From Fuchsiella alkaliacetigena (GTDB taxonomy: Bacteria > Bacillota > Halanaerobiia > Halobacteroidales > Acetohalobiaceae): a stretch of 50,373 nucleotides of DNA. The stretch covers positions 1 through 50,373 of the forward strand of contig NZ_JALKBZ010000019.1 in NCBI RefSeq assembly GCF_023227765.1, in the 5' to 3' direction. The number at the start of each line of letters is the position of its first letter. Positions within the stretch are counted from its first letter, which is position 1. The position numbers and the translations under genes were made by a program. Below, one piece after another: positions 21,556 through 29,870 of the stretch. Under the pieces are notes generated by a model. That model saw only the letters and a program-made list of their open reading frames with translations. It searched no databases and was not told the DNA's origin.

Positions 21556-22755
21556 TTAATTAGATAACACCTGTAAATCACGCCAGGCTGATTGCTGATA
21601 TTCTGCTAGCACCTCTTCATAAACCTCTTTAGTTTGACGAGCTATGCCGGCCCAACTGTACTCCTCTACTGCTTTACGATAACCTCTTCTTCGCAAGCCT
21701 TCTGCATATTGATCATCGGTTAATATCTTAATAATCTTTTCTGCCAAAGAGTTAGCATTACCAGGCAGAGCCTTTAAACCATCCCGACCGTCATCAACTA
21801 TCTCTTCAAAACCGCCGACTCCTGAAACTACTACCGGGGTTTTGCTGGCCATGGCTTCTAGAGCAACAATTCCAAAAGGCTCATAAAGACTAGGAAAGAC
21901 TGCTACATCGGCTACTTGATAAAGATACTCTCTCTCCTGATCGGAGATATAACCGGTAAAGGTTACATTATGAGCAATTCCCATTCCGTGAGCTTGCTCT
22001 TTAAGTTCAGCTAACATAGGGCCCTGCCCAGCTATTACTAATTGAGCATCAGGAACAGCAGCTAATACCTCTCCTGCTGATTCTAATAAAACATGGATTC
22101 CTTTTTCGCGCACTATTCTGCCAATAAAGAAAATTAGCTTGCCACTAGTATACTTTTCTTTGAACCCGGCTGGTACTTCAACATCGAAAGTATCTAAATC
22201 TACTCCATTCTTGATTACCCTGATTTTATCTCTGGGAGTCTGAAATAGGTGGTGTAGCTCATCCTCCATATAATGACTACAGCAGATCACCTTCCAAGCT
22301 TCATAGTTAATTAACCACTCTACATCATTAATATACTGTTGCCCAGAGTTATAGATACCGTGGTTACGTCCCGATTCTGTAGCGTGAATAGTAGTTAATA
22401 AAGGCAGTTGATAGCTTCTTTTAAGACACTTACCGGCAAAACCGGCTAACCAATCGTGAATGTGAATTAGGTCAAAATCAATATTCTTTACTAGATCATT
22501 AGCTACTTCTAAGAAACTAAAGTTCACTAGCATTACCCAGGTTAAAAAGTCTGGAGTAGAAATCTCTGGCTTTTCAATACGATAAACATTAACTCCTTCT
22601 TCTTTAGCGAACTTCTGTACCGTCTCAGCCCCTTGAGTAATTAAGTGAACTTCAACCTCTTCTTGAATTAAATTGGTAGATAGATTTTTAACATGGCTGG
22701 CTAATCCTCCGATGCTAACTGGAGGATATTCCCACGACAGCATCAATATTTTCAT
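21556..22755 (-). CDS. GT4-family glycosyltransferase, glycogen/alpha-glucan synthase-like
   Basis: 399 aa with N-terminal KILMLSWEYPPVSIGGLASHV (glycogen-synthase-like GT-B N-terminal domain) and a C-terminal EPFGIVALEAMA motif. Confidence 0.75.
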   Translation of the reverse strand: MKILMLSWEYPPVSIGGLASHVKNLSTNLIQEEVEVHLITQGAETVQKFAKEEGVNVYRIEKPEISTPDFLTWVMLVNFSFLEVANDLVKNIDFDLIHIHDWLAGFAGKCLKRSYQLPLLTTIHATESGRNHGIYNSGQQYINDVEWLINYEAWKVICCSHYMEDELHHLFQTPRDKIRVIKNGVDLDTFDVEVPAGFKEKYTSGKLIFFIGRIVREKGIHVLLESAGEVLAAVPDAQLVIAGQGPMLAELKEQAHGMGIAHNVTFTGYISDQEREYLYQVADVAVFPSLYEPFGIVALEAMASKTPVVVSGVGGFEEIVDDGRDGLKALPGNANSLAEKIIKILTDDQYAEGLRRRGYRKAVEEYSWAGIARQTKEVYEEVLAEYQQSAWRDLQVLSN

Positions 22756-22924
22756 CTAGTTCCCTCCAAAATTAGTTTAATTAGTGGCTTAAAAATTAAT
22801 ATTTCCAGAGCAACTTTTTTTTATTCGCCTCAGCGATGTATAACTGGAAAGCAAAATCATTATATTAATAAGAGTAGCTAAGATTCTTGAAATAAAATTC
22901 AAAAATAACTAGGAGGTTATAATT

Positions 22925-24532
22925 TTGGAAAAAGGATACCTATCTTTAGTACTGCACGCTCACTTACCCTACGTAAGGCATCCTGAACAAGATGATATAT
23001 TAGAAGAAGAATGGCTTTACGAAGCAATTACTGAAACCTATATTCCTTTAATTAATACCTTTAATAACTTATTAGCCGAAGGGATAGACTTCAAATTAAC
23101 TCTTTCTATCTCTCCACCGCTAATGACAATGTTAACCGACCCCTTATTGCAAGATAGATATTTGCGACATCTAAATAATTTAATTGAATTATCGGAAAAA
23201 GAGCTAGCTCGAACTCAAGATCAACCAGACTTTCATAAAGTAGCTCAACGATATAACTATCTCTTTAAGGAAGCTAGACATGTATTTACTGAAAAATACG
23301 ATCGCAACTTACTTAATGCCTTTAAAGAGTTTCAAGAACGAGGCTGTTTAGAGATAATTACTTCTAGCGCTACTCATGCCTTTTTGCCTTTTTTCGATAT
23401 TTATCCCGAGTCTACGAAGGCTCAAGTAAGATTAGCTGCCGATCTCTATCGTCAACACTTCCACCAAGATCCCCCAGGAATGTGGCTACCTGAGTGTGGC
23501 TATCAACCTGGTCAAGATAGATTTTTAGCTGAAGAAGGAATTAATTATTTCTTCACTGATGCTCACGGAGTCTTGCATGCGGATACTAGACCGAAGTATG
23601 GAGTTTTTGCTCCTATCTATACTGAAAATGGTGTAGCAGCCTTTGGACGAGATCTGGAGTCTTCTAAACAGGTCTGGAGTTCTAATGAGGGTTATCCTGG
23701 TGACTATGATTACCGAGAGTTCTATCGAGATATAGGTTATGATTTGGACTATGAGTATATTGAACCTCATATCCATCAAAATGGTCTCCGTAAACACACT
23801 GGAATCAAATACTATCGAATCACCGGCGAAAGCGATCACAAAGAAGTATATAAGCCTGAATGGGCTACTCACAAAGCTGCAGCCCATGCTGATGACTTCA
23901 TCTTTAATCGTCAAGCTCAAATAGAGTATCTAGCAGAGCATATGGATCGAAAACCAATTGTAGTAGCTCCTTATGATGCTGAGCTATTTGGACATTGGTG
24001 GTACGAAGGAGTACAGTGGTTGGACTTTTTAATCCGCAAGATAGCCTATGACCAAGATAGCCTTGCTTTAACTACTCCTAGTCAGTATTTAAATGAATAC
24101 AAGACTAATCAGGTTACTACTCCTTCTTATTCCAGTTGGGGATATAAAGGTTACGGAGAGTTTTGGTTAGAAGGCAGCAATGACTGGATTTACCGCCATC
24201 TCCATTGGGCAACAGAGAAAATGGTAGAACTAGCTAATGAAAACCCGGCAGCAGACGGTTTAAAGTATCAGGCTCTTAATCAGCTAGCTAGAGAGCTGCT
24301 CTTGGCCCAAAGCAGCGACTGGCCCTTTATTATGAAGAGTGGAACTATGGTTGAATACGCCGTCAAGCGAGTTAAAACACATCTAACTAGATTTAAGAGC
24401 CTTTATAGAGAGGTACAGGAAGATCAAATACAGCCAAGTGTACTAGATAAGATTGAGCATTATGATAATATTTTCCCGGAGTTAGACTATCGAATTTACA
24501 GTTCTGAAAACGTAACTCCCGTCTATAATTAA
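22925..24532 (+). CDS. GH57-family 1,4-alpha-glucan branching enzyme
   Basis: 535 aa starting at TTG after an AGGAGG RBS. N-terminal LSLVLHAHLPYVRHPE and the WLPECGY region are GH57 catalytic-domain signatures. Confidence 0.85.
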   Translation: MEKGYLSLVLHAHLPYVRHPEQDDILEEEWLYEAITETYIPLINTFNNLLAEGIDFKLTLSISPPLMTMLTDPLLQDRYLRHLNNLIELSEKELARTQDQPDFHKVAQRYNYLFKEARHVFTEKYDRNLLNAFKEFQERGCLEIITSSATHAFLPFFDIYPESTKAQVRLAADLYRQHFHQDPPGMWLPECGYQPGQDRFLAEEGINYFFTDAHGVLHADTRPKYGVFAPIYTENGVAAFGRDLESSKQVWSSNEGYPGDYDYREFYRDIGYDLDYEYIEPHIHQNGLRKHTGIKYYRITGESDHKEVYKPEWATHKAAAHADDFIFNRQAQIEYLAEHMDRKPIVVAPYDAELFGHWWYEGVQWLDFLIRKIAYDQDSLALTTPSQYLNEYKTNQVTTPSYSSWGYKGYGEFWLEGSNDWIYRHLHWATEKMVELANENPAADGLKYQALNQLARELLLAQSSDWPFIMKSGTMVEYAVKRVKTHLTRFKSLYREVQEDQIQPSVLDKIEHYDNIFPELDYRIYSSENVTPVYN

Positions 24533-24573
24533 ATATAGTTCAATGATGTAAAAACCTAGCAGAGGTGAAAATT

Positions 24574-25344
24574 ATGGGTTTTGTTCTGTATGCTATACTA
24601 TTCACTATTTTAGGGCTGCTCATCTACCAGTTTCTCTGGAAAGATAAGCATGAACAAGAAAATAAACAAGAAGAGATGTTAGATAATGAAAGTAATACAA
24701 ATATTAAGGATAAATTAATCAAGACTAAAGAATTAATTATGGATTGGGAGGTTGCTAAAGAATTGAGTGTTAATCTAAGAGAAGAAAAGGTAAGTAGTAT
24801 AGAAGTTATCAAGCCGACAATAGAGTTTTTTGAAGTTGCAGAATATCCAGAACTAGCTGACTATGAACTTGAAACTAAGTTCTATCAAAATCGAATCACA
24901 GCCTTAGTTAGAGATCCTTACTGGGCTTATCTTTATTGGGAAGTAGAAACTACATTCGGAGTTTCAGGTTCAGCTATACTCAAGGTATTAGATATAACAG
25001 ATAGAAACTATCCGGTAGAGTCAGCCCATAGCCACTTTACAGTAGATATAGAGCTATCAGCAGATAACTGGTATATCCAGCTTCCTGCTGCTAATAGAAC
25101 TTATACTGTGGAGTTAGGTATAGTGGACAATGAAGGGTTTACTCTTCTAGCTCGTTCTAACTACTTTACTACTCCTAGAGACAAGCCTTCAGATAAGATA
25201 GATCCTGAGTGGATGACCTTAGATGAAGTATTTAAGCGTGGTTATAAGTATCGCCAAGAGGATCAAGAAGGGGCCAGCCCAGTAGGTAAAGAAGAAGAAT
25301 TTGCTCAACATATCAGCTCTCCAGAGCTTATTAGAGATGAGTAA
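24574..25344 (+). CDS. DUF4912-domain protein, the usual partner of GH57 branching enzymes
   Basis: About 256 aa with the motif RITALVRDPYWAYLYWEV typical of DUF4912. The ORF track start at 24565 is a GTG; the ATG at 24574 has a better RBS. Confidence 0.65.
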   Translation: MGFVLYAILFTILGLLIYQFLWKDKHEQENKQEEMLDNESNTNIKDKLIKTKELIMDWEVAKELSVNLREEKVSSIEVIKPTIEFFEVAEYPELADYELETKFYQNRITALVRDPYWAYLYWEVETTFGVSGSAILKVLDITDRNYPVESAHSHFTVDIELSADNWYIQLPAANRTYTVELGIVDNEGFTLLARSNYFTTPRDKPSDKIDPEWMTLDEVFKRGYKYRQEDQEGASPVGKEEEFAQHISSPELIRDE

Positions 25345-25363
25345 AAAGTAATAGCTTTAATAA

Positions 25364-25386
25364 AGGATCGACAAACTGTCGATCCT
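25364..25386. terminator. Bidirectional stem-loop terminator between convergent genes
   Basis: aggatcgaca-aact-gtcgatcct hairpin followed by a T-rich run on the plus strand. It lies between DUF4912 (+) and the debranching gene (-). Confidence 0.6.
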
Positions 25387-25406
25387 CTATTATTTTGAAA
25401 AACTAA

Positions 25407-27371
25407 TTAATAGCCTAAGTCCTCAACTAAAACCCGCAAAAGCTCAGCTACACTCCAAGCTTGAGCAAAACAGCCTCTAGGAGAATGAGGGTAATCACCA
25501 GTAAAGACTTCAGAGATACTATTTATTCCTGCTCTGTGTAAGTGGGCCCTAAAAGGAGCTACCATCTTAGCAGCCGTCTCTTGACTAGCAGCACTATAGT
25601 CATTAACCTTCAAGTAAGCAGTAATAAAGTGACCGATTAGCCAGCTCCAAGCAGTTCCTTGATGATAAGCAGCATCTCGACTATACTGATCACCACTATA
25701 CTGACCGATATACTCCGAATCAGTAGCTGCTAAACTGCGTAATCCATAGGTAGTATATAGCTTACTCTTCACTACAGAAACTACCTGTCGAGCCTGCTCA
25801 TCCTCCAGCATAGTATAAGGTAAGCTAACAGCAAAGATCTGATTAGGACGCAGTTTAGCTTCTGGTTCACCACCAGTGCCAATCAAGTCATATAGGGCCC
25901 CTAGCTCTTCATTCCAAAAGCGAAGTTTAAAACTTTCCGCAGTTTGCTCAGCTAAACTCAACATCTCCTTTTCAACTGATAACTCCCCGTACTTTGCAGC
26001 TAGTTTAGCAGTCACCCGCAAAGCATTATACCACAAAGCATTGATCTCCACTGCCTTACCGTGTCGCGGAGTAACCACCCAGTCATCCACCTTAGCATCC
26101 ATCCAAGTTAACTGCACCCCTGCACAGCCAGCAGAAATTAAGTAATCCTGATCTAAATAGATATTATACTTAGTACCTTCTTGATAACTATAGATTATCT
26201 GCTTTAAAACTGAATAAATACCCTCTTTTACTGAATCATAATCAGCAGTATACTCCAAATACTTATCAACAGCATAAAAAAACCACAGCGGAGCATCTAC
26301 AGTATTATAGACCGGCTCCTGTTGATAGTCCGGAAATCTATTAGGCAGTAGTCCTGCTTCTACATAATGAGCGAAGGTACTTAAAATCTCCCGGGCCGTA
26401 TCCTGCTTGCCAGTAACCAAACACAGGCCCGGCAGCGCAATCATCGTATCTCGACCCCAATCGGTAAACCAAGGGTAGCCAGCAATTACAGTCTTAGTTC
26501 CGGTAGACTCTCTGTGAACTATAAAGTCATCGGCTGCTACAGCTAAACTGTTCACAAAATCACTCTGGCTATCAACTTCACTTGCCAAAGACTCTTTGCG
26601 AAGCACAGCCTTTTTTAGCTCTTCAGCACCAGCAAAGCTACCTATCCTTGCTGTACTAGCTACTAAGTAATAACTCTCCGCAGCAGCCAATTCAAGCTCA
26701 ATCACCCCCGGATTAAAGTGATCCTCCAGATAATCAAGCCCTCTTCTTTCCTCTACAGGATACTTGAAGTCCAAATGCCAGTCACCTTCAGCAGTATAGT
26801 CGGCTTTACCTAAGTGCAAATAAAGCTTTGGCGCTTCAGAATAAGCCCTAAATACTAACTCATTGTCGAGTCGTTCCCAATTAAAAGACCAACTTTCTCC
26901 TTTGCTTATACTATGATAGTCCCTACAGTTAAGCAACGGTCGCAAGCGTAGCTTCATTCTTTGTTGACTTAAGTTACGATATCTAATTACCGTAGTATTT
27001 TCACCTTCTACCATGAAGATCTTTTTCTCCAGTAAGTTCCCAGCTAAATTATAGGTATAGGTAGGTAAAGGAGCCAGCTCAAACTGTTGTAAGTACTTAT
27101 AACCTTGAGGATGGACTGTATCTCGATACTGATTAGTGCTCAGCTGATAATCATTCCCCTGACAGCTCACTTCTGCTTCAACCTTGCTTAAGAGTAGATA
27201 ACGCTCCACCGGCGGCTCTAAAGCTGCTATTAATAGCCCGTGATACCTTCTAGTCAAGGCTCCATTAATAGTAGCTGCTGCAAAACCTCCTAAGCCGTTA
27301 GTGAGTAGCCATTCTTTCTGTAAACTAGATTCTAAGTCGCTTAATTCTTCTCGGCTATAGCTATAATGCAT
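25407..27371 (-). CDS. Amylo-alpha-1,6-glucosidase / glycogen debranching enzyme (GDE_C, six-hairpin glycosidase)
   Basis: 654 aa with the GYPWFTDWGRDTMIALPGL region, and a C-terminal PRGCFAQAWSVAELLR typical of bacterial/archaeal GDE. Confidence 0.8.
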   Translation of the reverse strand: MHYSYSREELSDLESSLQKEWLLTNGLGGFAAATINGALTRRYHGLLIAALEPPVERYLLLSKVEAEVSCQGNDYQLSTNQYRDTVHPQGYKYLQQFELAPLPTYTYNLAGNLLEKKIFMVEGENTTVIRYRNLSQQRMKLRLRPLLNCRDYHSISKGESWSFNWERLDNELVFRAYSEAPKLYLHLGKADYTAEGDWHLDFKYPVEERRGLDYLEDHFNPGVIELELAAAESYYLVASTARIGSFAGAEELKKAVLRKESLASEVDSQSDFVNSLAVAADDFIVHRESTGTKTVIAGYPWFTDWGRDTMIALPGLCLVTGKQDTAREILSTFAHYVEAGLLPNRFPDYQQEPVYNTVDAPLWFFYAVDKYLEYTADYDSVKEGIYSVLKQIIYSYQEGTKYNIYLDQDYLISAGCAGVQLTWMDAKVDDWVVTPRHGKAVEINALWYNALRVTAKLAAKYGELSVEKEMLSLAEQTAESFKLRFWNEELGALYDLIGTGGEPEAKLRPNQIFAVSLPYTMLEDEQARQVVSVVKSKLYTTYGLRSLAATDSEYIGQYSGDQYSRDAAYHQGTAWSWLIGHFITAYLKVNDYSAASQETAAKMVAPFRAHLHRAGINSISEVFTGDYPHSPRGCFAQAWSVAELLRVLVEDLGY

Positions 27372-27433
27372 TCTTTGAACCCTCCTTTATTAATATGAAA
27401 TTATCGTTATATTGCATCATTCCAGCTTAAATA

Positions 27434-27480
27434 GAAAAAACCTTTAATCATGGATTAGAAAACCATGATTAAAGGTTTAA
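27434..27480 (-). terminator. Rho-independent terminator (bidirectional hairpin)
   Basis: Perfect 15-bp stem aacctttaatcatgg / ccatgattaaaggtt with a 9-nt loop, flanked by A6 and T-rich runs. Confidence 0.7.
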
Positions 27481-27498
27481 AATCAAAAGCTTATTTTG

Positions 27499-27855
27499 TT
27501 AGAAATAGCGGCTACTTAGAGTTCTATACTCCCAGTTTTCACCGTTATTATTATCCCAGTTCTCTGCTGAATCTTTAAAGCAGAAATTAAAGCTCTCTGC
27601 ATTATTCAATCGCACCTTAGTTCTCCAAGTACCATAAGCAGTCTGCTCCATCTTAATAGTCTTAGTTTCTTCCCAAGGAGTATGCTCATTACCTACTCCA
27701 GCATGTAAATAAATCTCTCCGGCACCGTGATTCTTTAACTCTCCATCATATTCAATAGTTACATCTTCCATTGCTCTATCATCTCTATTAACTATAGCAG
27801 GTGCAACTACAACTCCATCTCTATTTTCAGTAATTCTTTCATCTATCATTTCCAT
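27499..27855 (-). CDS. Stand-alone starch-binding-like module protein (CBM25/CBM26-like), paralogue A
   Basis: 118 aa with no signal peptide. The C-terminal FNFCFKDSAENWDNNNGENW matches the (F)NDGxxxWDNNxGxNY signature of CBM25/26 starch-binding modules. Conserved Trp/Tyr positions are present. Confidence 0.5.
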   Translation of the reverse strand: MEMIDERITENRDGVVVAPAIVNRDDRAMEDVTIEYDGELKNHGAGEIYLHAGVGNEHTPWEETKTIKMEQTAYGTWRTKVRLNNAESFNFCFKDSAENWDNNNGENWEYRTLSSRYF

Positions 27856-27919
27856 TATATTTAAATTTCCTCCTTGATTTTAGTGTTAAAGTGATTAATA
27901 GTTTATTGTTTAAAAGTGG

Positions 27920-28240
27920 TTAGTTATAGTGTTCAGTTTCATGAATATCGTAGCTCCAATTATAACCTTCATTATTATCCCAGTTTTCTGCTGAATCCTT
28001 AAAGCAGAAGTTAAATTTATCAGTAGTATTCAGTCGAACTGTAGTCTTCCAAGTTCCTTGAGGAGTACGGTTCATTCTAATTGTCTTTACGTCCTCCCAA
28101 GTTTCTCCTTCTCCTACTCCAGCATGTAAATAAACCTCTTCAGCTCCTGAATCAGTGAGCAGACCATCGTATTCAATAGTCACATTCTCACCAGCAACAA
28201 TCGGCGTTGGATTTACGTTCACCCCATCTAAGTGATGCAT
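27920..28240 (-). CDS. Stand-alone starch-binding-like module protein (CBM25/CBM26-like), paralogue B
   Basis: 106 aa, about 50% identical to the neighbour, with the same YLHAGVG...TWKT.VRLN...FNFCFKDSAENWDNN motif block. Confidence 0.5.
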   Translation of the reverse strand: MHHLDGVNVNPTPIVAGENVTIEYDGLLTDSGAEEVYLHAGVGEGETWEDVKTIRMNRTPQGTWKTTVRLNTTDKFNFCFKDSAENWDNNEGYNWSYDIHETEHYN

Positions 28241-28331
28241 TTAGTCTTCCCTCCTTAAATAGTTAAATATTAGGCTTTAATTATATTATCTGCATCAGCA
28301 ACTATTTTATAGGAGGTAATTATTAGTAATT

Positions 28332-29216
28332 TCAGTTTTTCAGAAACTTATCTTTAAATTCCAATAGCTCTTTTCTATATTTAACTCCTAAAACAATAGC
28401 TAATATAAGCAATAGTGCAAAAATTCTACTTATTTTAAAATGAGTATCTCCAACCGGGTATAAGGTTGCCAACTCTTCATTTTCAACATTGTAAGCTCCC
28501 AATATCTCCCGCTGTTCTTTGCCTTCAGGTACTAAGATATCTATTACATTGGGATTATAGTCTGTATCAGTACCGCCGCCGAACTTCCATTCTTCCACCT
28601 CTTCAACTACTGGCCGAAAATTATCATGGCTAAAACCATCTAAAGCTCCTACTAAAACATAGTATTGAGCCGACTTTAAATCACCAATCAGCTCTTGAGG
28701 CACTTTAACTTCAATAGTTCTTTGATCATCTAAAACCCGAGCTGTAGTAGCTGTATTATCTTCAAACTCAGCCTGAGGATCATCTTGATAATCAAAAACC
28801 TCTACTTGCCAGCCATTAATCTTCACTAATTTATTCCAAGGAGCATCAGGATCAAACTCCACATTTGCTCCCGGTTTAAAGACCTGAGTTGAACCTCCAC
28901 TATCATTATCTATATAAATCTGTACTAGCTGATGGCTAAAACCATACTTAGCCTGCCAAGGATTAGTTATCTTAGCAAACTCTATTTTAAATAAATAATT
29001 ACTTCCCGCTTCTTTAACTCTAAACTCCAATAGATCAAATAAGCCTTCAAAAGGAGCAAACTGCTCACTAGTAGGATATACATAAGTTCCCGGGCCGTAA
29101 TCATCACCTTGAGCATCGCGCATTTGAAACAGATAGTCTTCAGCTCTTAAGCCAGGACTGATTATCAACAATATTATCATTAACTTAACTAAAAAAAAAC
29201 CTATTTTCCTGTCCAT
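28332..29216 (-). CDS. Membrane-anchored exported protein with a glucodextranase C-terminal-like (Glucodextran_C) domain
   Basis: 294 aa with a signal peptide (cleavage near LRA-ED), a DAQGDDYGPGTYVYP...LEFRV motif block as in PF09985, and a C-terminal hydrophobic anchor ALLLILAIVLGV followed by basic residues. Confidence 0.5.
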   Translation of the reverse strand: MDRKIGFFLVKLMIILLIISPGLRAEDYLFQMRDAQGDDYGPGTYVYPTSEQFAPFEGLFDLLEFRVKEAGSNYLFKIEFAKITNPWQAKYGFSHQLVQIYIDNDSGGSTQVFKPGANVEFDPDAPWNKLVKINGWQVEVFDYQDDPQAEFEDNTATTARVLDDQRTIEVKVPQELIGDLKSAQYYVLVGALDGFSHDNFRPVVEEVEEWKFGGGTDTDYNPNVIDILVPEGKEQREILGAYNVENEELATLYPVGDTHFKISRIFALLLILAIVLGVKYRKELLEFKDKFLKN

Positions 29217-29302
29217 ATCTTTACCTCCTAGATTACATTAGCTAAACCTGATTAATATCTATGACAGAAAAATAAGCATTATGATTGGTAAATTCTATTT
29301 TT

Positions 29303-29761
29303 TTAGTTGCTTCTAAGTTGGGCTAATCTCTTTAAAAACCAAGCAGTATGTAAGTCTTCATCGATATGATTAAATTTGAGAATTTTTAATAACTCTTCCT
29401 GCTGTTGATTATCCTTATTGAGCGATTCAATCAATTTTTGATAGTCCTCCATTGCTTTTTGTTCTAGCAAAATATTAACCTTAAGTATGTTCTCCAAACC
29501 AGATAAAGAAAGAACTTTTCCGGCTAATTTTCCAACTATTGGAGAAATTACATCACCTAATTTGCTCGGCCTAGCACCAAGTTCTTTAATTTTTTCAGCA
29601 ATATTGTCTACATGCTGCTGCTCGATATAAGCAATTCTCTCAAAAGCCTGACTAGTATAACTGTCCTTAACTTTTTGACTCTGAGCCGTATATAAGTCTA
29701 CTTGATTAAGCTCTAAACTATAAAACAAATTTAGCTTATTGATAAGTTTCTTTCTCTGCAT
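29303..29761 (-). CDS. Ferritin-like four-helix-bundle protein (DUF2383/COQ7-like)
   Basis: 152 aa, all-helical, with paired E...H-containing helices (ERIAYIEQQHVDNIAEKI; LLEQKAMEDYQKL). Confidence 0.4.
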   Translation of the reverse strand: MQRKKLINKLNLFYSLELNQVDLYTAQSQKVKDSYTSQAFERIAYIEQQHVDNIAEKIKELGARPSKLGDVISPIVGKLAGKVLSLSGLENILKVNILLEQKAMEDYQKLIESLNKDNQQQEELLKILKFNHIDEDLHTAWFLKRLAQLRSN

Positions 29762-29870
29762 ATAATTACCCCTCTGACAATACTTTAGATTATCAATTAA
29801 AAATAAATTGAAACTATCCTCTAGTATTTGAATCTGATTTTAATTATATACAATAGAATAAGTTTTTTAA

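Noticed and set aside
12272-26145. Assorted 60-130 aa antisense ORFs from the track (12272-12535, 13096-13311, 14541-14834, 16743-17066, 20237-20452, 20918-21151, 23525-23920, 23739-23924, 24624-24812, 25876-26145)
   Set aside because: Each lies fully inside a longer, homology-supported gene on the opposite strand. I saw no motifs or RBS.
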